From Lingula anatina (Eukaryota; Animalia; Brachiopoda), in NCBI GenBank assembly GCA_051362555.1, contig CM120640.1, positions 8,494,001-8,558,000 on the forward strand: 64,000 nucleotides of DNA, given 5' to 3'. Positions 25,301-36,400 of this stretch are shown here, one piece after another (positions within the stretch are counted from its first letter, which is position 1; every line of letters begins with the position of its first letter). The notes below the pieces were generated by a model that was not told where the DNA came from, did not search any database, and saw nothing but the letters and a program-made list of their open reading frames with translations. The translations under genes were made by a program, and so were the position numbers.

Positions 25301-26692
25301 TGGTTGCTTTGGGACCAACTTGAGCTGCAGGAGGGCATTTTATATAAAAGATGGGAAACTTTAGATAAGACAGGTTCCTTTTTACAGATATTGGTTCCGA
25401 GAGAGATGAGGAACGAGGTGATGAATGGCGTGCATGACAAAGTCACGTCAGGTCACCTTGGCGTCAAGAAAACAGTGAGCAAGTTGAAAAGACACTTCTA
25501 CTGGTACAAGATGAAAGAAAGTGTAAGAGATTACATAAGAAGATGTGCTATTTGTGGTGGGAGAAAAAGGCCACGGTCAAGACCCAAGGCTCCTTTGCTA
25601 AGATATGCTGTAGGCGCTCCCATGGACAGAGTGGCAACAGACATTTTAGGACCTTTTCCAGTCAGTGAAAGAGGCAATAAATATATTCTTTTAGCAATGG
25701 ACCAGTTTTCCAAATGGGTGGAGTGCTATGCCATCCCTGACATATCAGCTAAAACTGTAGCACACAAGCTAGTGACAGAGTTTTTCTCTAGATTTGGCCT
25801 ACCCCTTGATCTCCATTCAGACCAAGGTAGCAACTATGAGTCACAGTTATTCAAACAAGTATGTCAACTATTAGAAATAAATAAAACCCGAACATCCAGC
25901 TATCATCCCTCAGGAAATGGAATGGTGGAGAGATTCAATATTGTGTTATGTGACATGATATCAGCTTACGTGTCAGAAGACCAACGGGATTGGGACATTC
26001 ATTTGCCTTTATTGACTGCAGCATACAGGTGCTGTAAACATGAAAGCACTGGTTATTCCCCTAATTTGCTTATGTTGGGCGGAGAAGTTCACACAGCTAC
26101 AGAACTGATCTTTGGAAAACCACCAGAAGACCGATCTGTGACGTCTCCTTCAGAGTATGTCAAAATGTTGCAAGAGAAAATGACTAGAATTCATGAAATA
26201 GTGAGATTGCATTTGAAAAAGGACTTTCAAAGGCAGAAAAGAGACCATGACACCCGTATTTCGCAAAATAACTATAAAGTTGGTGACTTGGTGTACTTAC
26301 TAGATAGCACTAGAACAGTGGGACTGAGCCCAAAGCTGAAACGTGACAAATGGCAAGGACCTTTTGTTGTTGTCAAAAAGCACAGTGATTTGTTGTTTGC
26401 AGTGAAAGGCAAGCCTAAGTGTAAAGTGAAGATCGTGCACCATGACCGTCTTAAGCCATTTTTAAGTGACCAAGTTCCAGATTGGGTGTCCAATTTGCAG
26501 AAATGTTTACATAAAGGCAATTATATAGAAGGTAGTCCACTGAAACATGAAGAAAGTGCCATCAAACACAGGATGAAGCAGAGTGGCCAATCTAAACAAG
26601 TGCAAGTACCCAAGAACCAACCTGACAGTAATTTGAGAAATGAGGGAAGACCACAAAGGAAAAGAAGACCTCCTAAGAGATTTGCTGATTGA
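22322..26692 (+). CDS. pol: Pol polyprotein (aspartic protease, RT, RNase H, integrase), expressed by -1 frameshift
   Basis: FIVDTGA (PR); CVDYRRLN, YPLPRI, MPFGL, YLDD (RT); LDTDAS..ELLAV..SDH..ADAVSR (RH); H..GHLG..CAIC, VATD/HSDQG/MVE and WQGPF (IN). 1456 codons without a stop. Confidence 0.97.
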   Translation: MQGTCERGSACKQPGKLRRGIPAGQNEPLKTPVDSDIETVSCRNASVSWPVKIQGQEVNFIVDTGASKTIIATHIYERIPHDFRPELKKTHRKLQLQVADSRNIEIEGHVEISFQSGEELFVWDMLVAKIKDDGLLGMDFLCHHDFSLGVNGLKLNGKRVPCLVEREPKHAFRVTVTNDVIIPANSELIIEGTVDSSKIKSVFGLVEEIPEKSSDFLIGHVLVDPFRRDNKIPVRLLNPSNEDISLLKDTCVAHLHEVDHVIGDKLEDSLSVPILRADLTPGKQKSDLTLHSPELPEYLADLYKQSGENLTDFERCELKKLLQKHSDVFAKSSSDMGHTSVVKHKIVTGDARPIKQQPRRPPRAFAGEEEKIIQEQLQNGVIRESTSPWSSPLVYVKKKDGTTRPCVDYRRLNDVTVKDAYPLPRINDCLDSLGGSIFFSIADCQSGYYQIEVAEEDKPKTAFVTRNGLYEYNVMPFGLSNSPSTFERCMELILRGLQWQTVLIYLDDIIVFGKSFEEHYKRLDEVFNRLGKAGLKLKPSKCRLFQTEVQFLGHVVTQDGVKPDPEKVECIKKWPVPRNLTDVRSFLGLCSYYRRFIRGFSTRAAPINHLLQAGQAFTWTESCQTAFEDLKSALTGDEVMAYPRDQGLYILDTDASATGIGAVLSQLQWCEKTQKEIEKPVAYASKSLTKTQRRYCVTRKELLAVVTFVQQFRHHLLGRQFLVRSDHSALRWVMSFKEPNDQMARWLEVLSQYDFKIEHRAGARHGNADAVSRFPCDPDECPCYDGESILSNLPCEGCVQCKKKHEQWSRYLEEEVVPLVIRRTTENQKKELKSDNGVCGSGQASGNQGKCPVKRVYTAACSVLLTGLYTLLTLFFAILSWVTMKFKCIFKEVRALSLRRMRVSKKREVLPRENLTFKDQDFSHGDEDIDLSESESDRDRLPAKWLGSYTVNELFNLQRKDPELKTVLDWKEQSSQRPERDKVAAESPAVRQLWLLWDQLELQEGILYKRWETLDKTGSFLQILVPREMRNEVMNGVHDKVTSGHLGVKKTVSKLKRHFYWYKMKESVRDYIRRCAICGGRKRPRSRPKAPLLRYAVGAPMDRVATDILGPFPVSERGNKYILLAMDQFSKWVECYAIPDISAKTVAHKLVTEFFSRFGLPLDLHSDQGSNYESQLFKQVCQLLEINKTRTSSYHPSGNGMVERFNIVLCDMISAYVSEDQRDWDIHLPLLTAAYRCCKHESTGYSPNLLMLGGEVHTATELIFGKPPEDRSVTSPSEYVKMLQEKMTRIHEIVRLHLKKDFQRQKRDHDTRISQNNYKVGDLVYLLDSTRTVGLSPKLKRDKWQGPFVVVKKHSDLLFAVKGKPKCKVKIVHHDRLKPFLSDQVPDWVSNLQKCLHKGNYIEGSPLKHEESAIKHRMKQSGQSKQVQVPKNQPDSNLRNEGRPQRKRRPPKRFAD
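22364..22406 (+). promoter_or_regulatory. -1 programmed ribosomal frameshift signal
   Basis: Slippery G GGA AAC in the gag frame just before the gag TGA; 6-nt spacer; hairpin GGGGCATTC..GAATG(AA)CCCC; pol is in the -1 frame. Confidence 0.85.
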
Positions 26693-26961
26693 CTGTAACA
26701 GACTAAAGTGAACATTATTATGAATCAGACTATGAACATTAAAGTGAACGTTATTATGGATCATACTATGAACTTTGCATGATTATCATTATTAATCCAA
26801 TGTTGAACTTTAGAGTAATTTTATTAATCAAAGTGACACTGAACTATTGAATGAACTTTATGAACTGACTGAATTTTTAACTGCTTAAATGATTCAGAAT
26901 ATTTTTAGTTTTAACTGATTTTAGTAGTTTAATAGGGCAGATCCCCGGTGGGATCAGACCT

Positions 26962-26973
26962 AGGGGGGAAGAG
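26962..26973 (+). promoter_or_regulatory. Polypurine tract
   Basis: AGGGGGGAAGAG directly before the 3' LTR, preceded by hairpin GATCCC-CGGT-GGGATC. Confidence 0.9.
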
Positions 26974-27569
26974 TGTAACGATTTTACATAGCCTTAAAAT
27001 TCATGGTAAAATTGCCGCAGTAAGCTTTAGCCTTTTGTTTACATTCTTGTGTGTGTTGAACTTTGAACCTTAAGTTGGAATGGCTTGTAAGTGGTATCAG
27101 TTTACGAAAGAGGGGATTGTGGTGTCCAGTAGAGGGGTTGGCGGTCAACCATTCAAGGCCGTCCACTTTTACTCTGGCTGCCAGTCAAAGTAGCAGTGAA
27201 CCATTCAAGGCCGTCCACTTTTGAAATGTATAAATACAGCTGCTCTTCGCAGTGTTGTTCAGTTAGAGTTCAGTTAGAGTTACTGTAGAGTATAGTGGCA
27301 GTACTCAGTGAGAGTATAGTGTCAGACTTAGTTTCACAACTTAGTTTGAGTCAGTTTCACAATATAGTTCCAGTTAGTTTATTGTAGCTGAGTTGCAGTT
27401 GTTTAAATTAGAAGTACAGCAGTACAGCAAGAATAGAGACAGTGTTTAGTAAAAGATACAGAAACATGTACATTTGTGTTGAGAGTTTACAAAACAGAGA
27501 CCTTGTTTTGTTGGTGGCAGCGAAGTAAGAGAACCGTACACTGGTGGCAGAAAAGCGAAGACCTTTACA
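26974..27569 (+). repeat. 3' LTR (596 bp)
   Basis: No differences from the 5' LTR found by eye; followed by TSD ATAT. Confidence 0.97.
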
Positions 27570-27603
27570 ATATTTCTTGGTGTTGGTGATTGCGCTGTTT
27601 TAA

Positions 27604-27985
27604 AGGTACATACGAACCGAGCATCGGTGGAGCGTGGATTCCCAGTAACACATATAAACCACTTCTACAAGTTTCTTACACAACGCAAATAAATTCGACA
27701 TGCCAAGGGAAAAACTGAATAGATCACTCGATCAGCCATTACAGAGCTTATGACTGCTCCTTTCTTTAAATTTTTGGTCGGAAATTTAACCTACTTTCGT
27801 AACCTACTTTTCTACCGCATTGACATACAGTAGGTCATAGAATGCTAGCAGAAAAATCCGTTCAAACATCATTTTCGGGTAAAATTAAACAATGCCTTTT
27901 GGTAATTCTCTTCGTTATACTACTTGAAACTATATGCTGGCATTTGGTCGGTTTTTGTGGCAAAAAATCGACTTTGTATGCATCT
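27604..27985. mobile_element. TTAA-targeting non-autonomous element (Kolobok-like)
   Basis: TTAA|AGGTACATAC ... GTATGCATCT|TTAA (8/10 TIR match, purine-purine start, TTAA TSD). Confidence 0.65.
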
Positions 27986-28829
27986 TTAATCTTAGTGATT
28001 GCATGGTGATTAAGGGGGGGGGGGGTCCCTACCCTCATCTTATATGCGTGCTCTGTAACCGAAATAGTAGATCTACACAGAAATATCCGGTGAATAAATA
28101 GATAAATAGGCCTACATAAAAGATGAACAACTAAAGAAACGACAAAGAAGTGAAAAATGTAGTATACAATAGGCTACCAGAATGTGAAAAATATATTATA
28201 GGCCTACCAAATTTCAAATCGAAGTCACCCCAGGCGCCAAATTGAAGGTATTCTGTACTATTATTTGAATACTGAAGGTTAATCTTTTATTCAAAAACGT
28301 GCGTGAAGACAGTATTTTAGGAACCTTTGTCTAACTCTGGTCTGTCCGTATACTTATAGGCGGATTCAGAGAATAACGAGTCGAAGAATATATTGCATGG
28401 CGTATCCAAATTATAAGAACTGGAACAACGTAAAAACTAAAGTTATGACAAGAAAAGGGCAAACCTAGATTATGGAGATTTTGAAAGAATTTGTCAAGAG
28501 GGGCAAGATCGGGTAAGGATAAATGTTATGCTCGACCATTTCTCAGAGGTTACAGACGTAAACAAACATCATTTTAACGTAACAAAGAAGAATGAGCGCC
28601 GTAAAAACATGCGTGCGCACATATACAACGTCGCACGTACTCACAAAGTCGTAACAACAGAGAACAATCAATGAATATAGAAAACAACACCTTCATATTT
28701 TTGGTCACGTATGTATCGGTAACGTATGTATCATATGAACAATTTTCACATATAGTTGAAGGCAAGAAACATTTTTGTCCCGTTTTCTTTATTGTAATGT
28801 AACATTAAAACACCTCAGGCGATATTATC

Positions 28830-29290
28830 CTGCACACACCTTCCAAAAAGTATTCTGCAACATGTCTACGGGCCCTAATTTGACCATCGAAGGCATACAA
28901 GAAATACCTTGATTCTTCAGCAAAACCAACTTGTTCCTAGTGATGGTTGACCACGTCCTGGTAGTGCTGGGGTCACTGGACCTATTGTTACCAACTGATA
29001 CCTCATTCCATCTGCAAGAAAGGACTTAGGGGTTGGCACAGGCTTCATCATGAAAGCACACTTGCACACAGTTCTCGTCTGGTGCGTGATTTGTTGCAGA
29101 AACCCAATGTTCTGAGGTTGGAGAAACCATCTTTGAGTCCTGATAAAAAAAACCCACTGAGCATCAGTGGCATGAATTTAAGTGTGCAATCCAGAGGAGA
29201 ACCAAACTCCAAGTAGTCCGGACCAATTCCGCCAAGCTTTTTAGGAAACATGGGACAATATCCCACAAAACAGAATTGTTACCCTTGTTG
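28830..29290 (-). pseudogene. Decayed Tc1-family transposase fragment
   Basis: Minus strand reads H*EQVGFAEESRYFLYAFDGQIRARRHVAEYF, matching the Tc1 pattern W..V.FSDESRF.L...DG..RV.R..GE; contains stops and the first catalytic Asp is lost. Confidence 0.55.
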
Positions 29291-30609
29291 AAGGCAGCGG
29301 CGCCGTCTACAGGAGGTAATTACAGTACACAATAAACACACACGCTAATAGACAGGTGACCTTAAACGAGCACACCCTAATGCTAAATGTGTGTAAATGT
29401 GTGTAAATTTGGTGACATTTGGTGGTGTTTTTTTAATTTAATGGGCATCATCGGATTAGAGGGGGTACATGTAATAAATATGAATAAATGGTATTAAATA
29501 TGGAAATCTTCACCGCTATTTTGTATTTTCTGTACCACTAATCATGTTAGTTATGGTATCTGGAATGAAAATCACCATTCATTTCAATTAACTCCTGTGA
29601 TGTGATCATTTATAAATAAAAGCACATGAAACTGGGGGTGGGGCAACCTTTTTGACCAATGTTGTATATTCATTTTTTAGAAAAAAAATTCTACAGCCTA
29701 TCAGATAATGTATGTGTGCAGCAATACACAGGATAAAGATGCAAACGCTGTTAAAGCTGTTATTACTATTTCAATAGCTTTATCAAACTCGCCACTATTT
29801 TTGGTTGTATCTCTTGAAGTATAGTTGCAACACCAGTCATGGTATATATACTCAAAGTAGTTTTAGATTGAGGTGCGTCTAACACAATGATGTTCGGGAT
29901 ATAGCATCGTGGATTTTGATTTGTATTAGTGAAACAAACGCAGCGTGCTCGACGTGTGAGAAGAATGTGTTCTGTGCTTTGTAATATACTGTATGCTATT
30001 CCCTTGCGCAAAGGGTACCGTACAGCATATTGCAGGAGCCCCCACAATAGAGCATCTAATGACGTGAAAACATGCGTGCAGGAAATGATGCATTTGCTTT
30101 TCCTGCCGCTAGAAAAATTTGAACCTTGGTTGGTTGCACCTCCAATGGAAGCAAAAGTTGACTACTAAACAGTAAGATTTCGCTTATATAATGTACATTT
30201 TTAAAAATGAACAAAACTCGCGAAAATAAACATCTTTTGTTTTTTTTCAATTTCTTATAAAAAAGTTTCTGTCCTAGGCAGCTTGTTCCACTCAACCGGT
30301 GCAGCGATACAATGCTATGCCACCATACGTTTTAAACCTTGCTTTTGGAATTTTCAATAAAAGCATGACGGATTCGCACTCAAGCAATGTGGAAAAATTG
30401 TATGCAACAGAGATAGGATTTCAGGCACTTTTCAGGATATACAGCACACCTTGACCTAAAAAGATAGTGCTGTGCAGCGTAGCAGTTTATGTAAATGTCA
30501 CATGGAAAGAAAAGCAACTGACGAGGGAATAAGAACTCTTTTTTTTTTTACAACTTTACAGGCTGGCTTTCCACCTGAAAACCAGAGGAAGGGAAGGTAC
30601 GTTGTCTTA

Positions 30610-30612
<3 letters not shown>

Positions 30613-30668
<56 letters not shown>
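30613..30668. repeat. (TA)n microsatellite
   Basis: Pure TA run; compound (TG)n(AG)n at ~30745-30784. Confidence 0.95.
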
Positions 30669-30671
<3 letters not shown>

Positions 30672-30744
30672 CAAAGGACAAACAGGAGAAATACAAAGAA
30701 TATATTATTTGTACTGAGTTTGTTGTGTGTCACGGGTGTCAATT

Positions 30745-30784
<40 letters not shown>

Positions 30785-31349
30785 GGGGGGGGTAAAAATT
30801 AATGAAAGTAGAATTGTCCAATAATAACTTTCATTTTCATGCAATGACAGCTGCCTTCTTAATAAAACAAATGCATACTTATTCAAACAAAATAAAACTG
30901 TGTTGTCGTTCTAGATGTCTGACCACGCTCCACTGCCGGAAATTTGTGTGCGAAAAATACCCTCCTTTTTCGTTCTCTTGGATCGCGATCTGGACGGAAT
31001 CTATGAAGGTGTTATGATATTGTACTCAATTCAATTGTGAATGCAATTTCAATTTTTTATTGAAAAATGGTAAAAAATGACAAAAATTGATATCTATACT
31101 TGTTTGTTTAATAAGTTCAGTCCCGATTTTCCATGCTTACGTAATTTTTGTCTTTTTTTTTTTCAAATATATCTTAATGCATAATTTGAAAATGGAAATA
31201 AAAGTTTTAATTGAAAAAACAAAATCTATACTTAATAGAATTGTTGTGATTTGGTATTGCAACAAAGTTTTCAGATTCATTTTTTTTTTTTTTTTTACAA
31301 ATATTCTTGTCTTTGGATTCAAGGTTTAGTTTTTTTTATTTTCTGTGGG

Positions 31350-33410
31350 TTATCCTTGTTGTTCCCTATATTTTGTATTCTGTTCATGTACTTCATCCTC
31401 TATCTGTTGTTGTTTTATAAGCTCCCAATACAGTCCTCGTTTTCTCTTCAAAGTTAAATGGTCACCAAGCTGAAAAAAAAGCATGGAACTTTAAAAGTAC
31501 GTAATCCTAATCGATGTAATGATTAAAAACATCAAAAATTCTATTAAAACTAGAGCAACAAATAGTCTTTATAATATCATATTATAAAAGAATATGTAGA
31601 ATCAGTATAAAAAGTTATCAGTCAATGATAATTTAATGTATTTATTTTTACTTAATTTCACTCACAAATAGTTATGCATCTTTTTAAAAAATATAGAATC
31701 ATCAGAAAGTGTCCACAACTTCAAAAGTATTAAGCTTGCAATCAAGTTTTTAAAAACACTCAGGTGATAAATTTGACTCATGTTTTAAAGGATGACTGCC
31801 CACTGCTGCATGAAGATTGTTTTATATAATACCACCAAAAAAGAGATATCCTCATTAGCTCCACTCACCTCTGCTATTCTGCCATTGGCTACCACTGCTA
31901 TAATGTCAGCATTCTGAATGGTGCTCAACCTATGGGCAATAACAAGCACTGTGCGACCTTAAAGAAAGATAAAATGAAGTTAATTTTGAACCAATGGAGA
32001 AATAAAATTGAAAGGACACAAAAACAAAAGACTAAAATTACTTTTGTTTGAACATGGGTTTCTCTTTTCAAAGTTGTTTTTACATGTTTGATGTCGGGCT
32101 GATACAAAGGTATATACCACAATCAAGAAATTTCAATCTGATATCTTGGAAGAAGGGTCATTCTCTGGAGCAATTCCCTGGTCTGTTATTCAATTTATTT
32201 GTTTACCTCTGGAAACTTTATCTAATGCTTCCTGAACAATCCTCTCTGATTCTGCATCTAAAGCACTGAAAAAAGTACAAATATATGTGAAATATCTTAA
32301 ATAAATGACAAAATTATTATCCTTCCTAATCGTATTATTTCACAAACATTTTTTTCTTGTTTAACCTGCTTAAGAATTTTAGCTTATTTGTCTACAACAT
32401 CAAGTTTCACCTAAAACACTATCCAACTTTAAGTCTTTTCCATCCTTTTACACCATTTTAATACATCATTATACATCTATCAAAAATGAGAATGTTTATA
32501 TGTTACTGTAAATTATTGTAAAACTGCATTGAAAAATTAGACACAAATACAACTTTTAGCCTACCTTGTAGCTTCATCAAGTATCAGAACAGAAGGATTC
32601 TTCAATAAGGCCCTTGCAATGGCTATTCTTTGCTTCTGACCACCTGAAACTGTAACTCCTCTCTCCCCAAGAACTGTCTGATAGCCATTAGGAAATTTAG
32701 TAATAAATTCATGGGCATTGGCTAAATTTGCTGCCTCCACAACCTGTTACAGCAATGTAAGATCATTAAGTGTGCACTTATATAAATGTTAGACATAACA
32801 GTCTCTTTTGTTTATGTGTAAAAGCAAATTACCAACCCCTACATACAATTGAAGCTTTCTGTCTTAATTTGAATGAAATAATTCCACTGAACCATCTTAC
32901 TACATTAAACTTACATGGATCTTCAGTGATCACCTTAAAGTAGCAAAATCCATTTTATTATTTTAAGATATCTACATGCTTCTTTAAAGGAAGGAAGGAA
33001 AAAAACTAACTACTGTACTAACCTCAAGGTCAGTGGCATCTGGCCTTCCATATCTGATGTTTTCAATTATAGATGTCGCAAAAAGAACAGGTTCCTATTA
33101 AAATAAATATGCAAATCACATCAGATTGTATCACATATACTGCTTGGATATAAGATGTGAGATCTTTAAGCTGGTAAGACCTCTAAACAAGAAGACAGAC
33201 TAAACACAAGGTTTTGATCATGATAAAAGCAAGTTATTCCAATGAAAGGTGTTAAATAGGTTGTCAACCCAATTAAAATATAAAGTTAATTTGATAATCC
33301 TACCATACAAATGAATGAACTGAAAGCAATGCAAGCAAGGATTTTGAATGCATTCTAAGTGCATAAATCACTTCTTGTTGAACTTATCTGAGGACAGTTA
33401 AACTTTTAAA

Positions 33411-33465
<55 letters not shown>

Positions 33466-36400
33466 CTGAGAAAATATGAGTTTTTGGCAGGAAAACCTGA
33501 CTTGGAATGCTTTCACCTTCTCCATCATGTGAATGAAAAGCAATTTTGTTGTTTGGCCATTAGGAAAACATCAAACGAAATCTGCCACCTAATCTTGTAA
33601 CTTAGCTTACCTGGTTAATAAAACCAATTGCCCTACCACGCAGCCAAGAAGGATCTAAATCCTTTATATCTACATCATCAACAGTAATGGACCCATTTTT
33701 GACATCATAAAACCTTTCCAATAGAGCAGCAATGGTTGATTTTCCTACAAGTAAAAGGTCAGATATCAATATGATTATTGTCTGACAAAACTATATATGT
33801 ATTCTCATGAAAGTTAATTTAACAAGGCCACAAATTCTAAATTTAAAGTGCTTAATTAAATGAGTGTATGCATGTTCGTATGCAAACGTGCATGTGCGTC
33901 TTTGCATATGCAAGCATGTTACCTACCTCCTCCAGAGAGTCCACAAAGAGCCACCACCTTCCCTGCTGGGATTTTCAAGCTAAAGTTGTGAAGGACTTCC
34001 TGATGATGTAAATTAAATATTACGAAAAAGGCATTTACATGTTCACAAATAACAAACTTCAAATTACAACTAAGGTTAAAATGTCTTCTTGTATACCAGT
34101 CCCTGAGTTTTCAAATTATGGAGCTACAGAGTTCTTTTTATACAAATCAATTTGCAGGGAAAATAATGCAGAGGAATAATTATATCAGGTGCAATTAAAG
34201 TTTTAAAAAACAGCAAAGAAGTAATATATCTTAATAGTAAAACACCAACCTGCTCTGGTCTTGTTGGATAAGAGAAGCTGACATTTTTAAACTCTATGTT
34301 CCCATACATAGCATAGTAAGGAATGCGCTGGCCACCAGTTAGTGGTATTTCAGGTTTTAAACTGGTGTACTAGAAATAAAACACTACAGCTTTTATCATG
34401 CACCACTGGCACTATAAAGTTACAGAATTGGATTTATCTCTAATTCAAGACACCACGTCACAAGTACTAATATACACTGAATCCACAAATATAACTATCG
34501 ATGTTTTTACTAGCATTAGGTATGAAAAATTTTACAGGTAAGCATACTTCATTCTATGTTTTGAAGTGCATATAGATCTACATTTCATGTTTCATTCCAT
34601 ATTGCAAAAGTAATATTTAATGAAGATATGACATGTTAAGTAGATAATGATAACAGCATGTATTACTTCAAAGACCCTTGCTCCAGCACTGACACCTCGC
34701 ACAGCAGAACCAAACAGCAGAGACATCTGAGCTAGGGACCTACAATAATAATAATAATAATATTAATAGCAATAATAAATACATTTCCTTATCGAAAGTC
34801 AGTTACAACTGATTCACTGTTAAGATGAAAGCATATTAGTATTGCAAGAAAGAACCTAAACCAATCAACGGTTGACATTATTGTTTTTTCAACAGAAATC
34901 ATGGTTTTCTTTCCAAATTACTTCACTCAACATTGACAATGGTGCTGATAATATTTGGTTTAAATTTTAAAATGCATATAAGGCAGCTTTGGGATCCATT
35001 GCAGTTGCCCTGCATTTACAAAGGGTTTGTATAACATTGTAAAAGATGAACATTATCTAGTACTTCACTTTCCATCCATTAATTAAATACCCTATTGCCT
35101 TCTTACACATACCGATCACCTGCATTTGAAAAGCTGGATCTTGCCTTCAATGTTATTACCTTTGTATTGTTTGTGTAGCGACAAGGAAGGACATTAGATC
35201 TCCAGGGCTTAATTCATGTGTCGCCATCAAGTATCCCCCTGCATACATCACACCCAAAACAATTCCTGCAAATAAGCCCTATATATATATATAAAATTGT
35301 CATGTACCTGGCACAGGAAGCTCAATATTTAAATTAAACAGGCACAGAATAGTGTGAAACGGATAATATTCTTCTGCATGACCATAGTGTTATTTTCCAT
35401 GACCAACTAAATCATTACATCTATGTGTTAAATGTAAAACCTACCATTTAATGCAAGGTTGGCTAAGCCCTGGAACACACCAATGCCATATCCCAGATTC
35501 TCATTCATATACATTGCCTGGTCTGCTTCTTTATTAAATAACCTAAAATATACACATGAAGTGTCAGATTCAAATATAACACATATCTTAAGTAACTAGC
35601 ATTTTGGCCAAAACCAACACCTCCCACAATGAAATTGAAAACTGTTAATCCAAAGTAATTTTACACATATGCTTGTGTACTTCACTTGCTATATGCTCTG
35701 AGATACATGTATGTTCCACCCTACAGCTGATTAAGTGATAACTCACTCTATTTCTTTTGGTTCCATGGCAAAAGCTCTAACAGTCCTGGCATTTCCCAAT
35801 GCTTCATCTGCTACCGAAGTGGCCTGAGCTATCTGAAACCATAACAAAACATCCCTGAGATCATAAAAACTTTTGGTTGAGCTTATATATGGACTGTAGT
35901 TTTTATTATAAGATATGTTCAGAGATAAGGACAGGAGTTAAATTGAACAATTTATGCCATTAACAAAATTATTGAAGATCTTAACAATATATGACGGCTG
36001 AAAATTCAGGAGGGGTCACCAGTAACATAGCTTATCAAAATTAATGTTTTGCTTTTTGACTCATATAAGTTGCCTCCCATCCTTATAAACACAGTGTACA
36101 ACCTATGATAACATATTTTCTAAAAAAAAAAAATTAAGTTAAAAATTCGACATGCAAATCTCAGTCAATTTACTGTACCTGCCTCTCACTTATTGAAAAA
36201 TTAGGATGAATCAAATAAACCATGATAGTCTTCATCCTTTCATTCTAAAATTTGTTATTGTGTATTGTTTTTTATTAAAGTACCTGGGCCTGCGCTGCCT
36301 TGGAGAGTTTTCTTAGTCCAGAACCTATCAGTGCTCCCCCTGCCACCAGACTGGGAACCACAACAACCATAAGTAATGTCAGCTTTGGAGACAGCAGATA

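Larger units (their letters stand above)
20569..27569 (+). mobile_element. Full-length Ty3/Gypsy LTR retrotransposon
   Basis: TG...CA LTRs at 20569-21164 and 26974-27569; 4-bp TSD ATAT; PBS at 21166; PPT before 3' LTR; gag and pol (PR-RT-RH-IN order) open. Confidence 0.98.
20431..28036. mobile_element. Small non-autonomous TIR element (~215 bp once inserts are removed) hosting the Gypsy and TTAA elements
   Basis: TIRs GAGGGTAGGGA (20431) and TCCCTACCCTC (28026-28036), both flanked by 6-bp direct repeat ATCTTA; GTGATT motifs recur on both sides of the inserts. Confidence 0.75.

Noticed and set aside
29750-30480. CpG-richer segment with short ORFs
   Set aside because: No paired termini or protein motif found; probably an old repeat that cannot be classified here.
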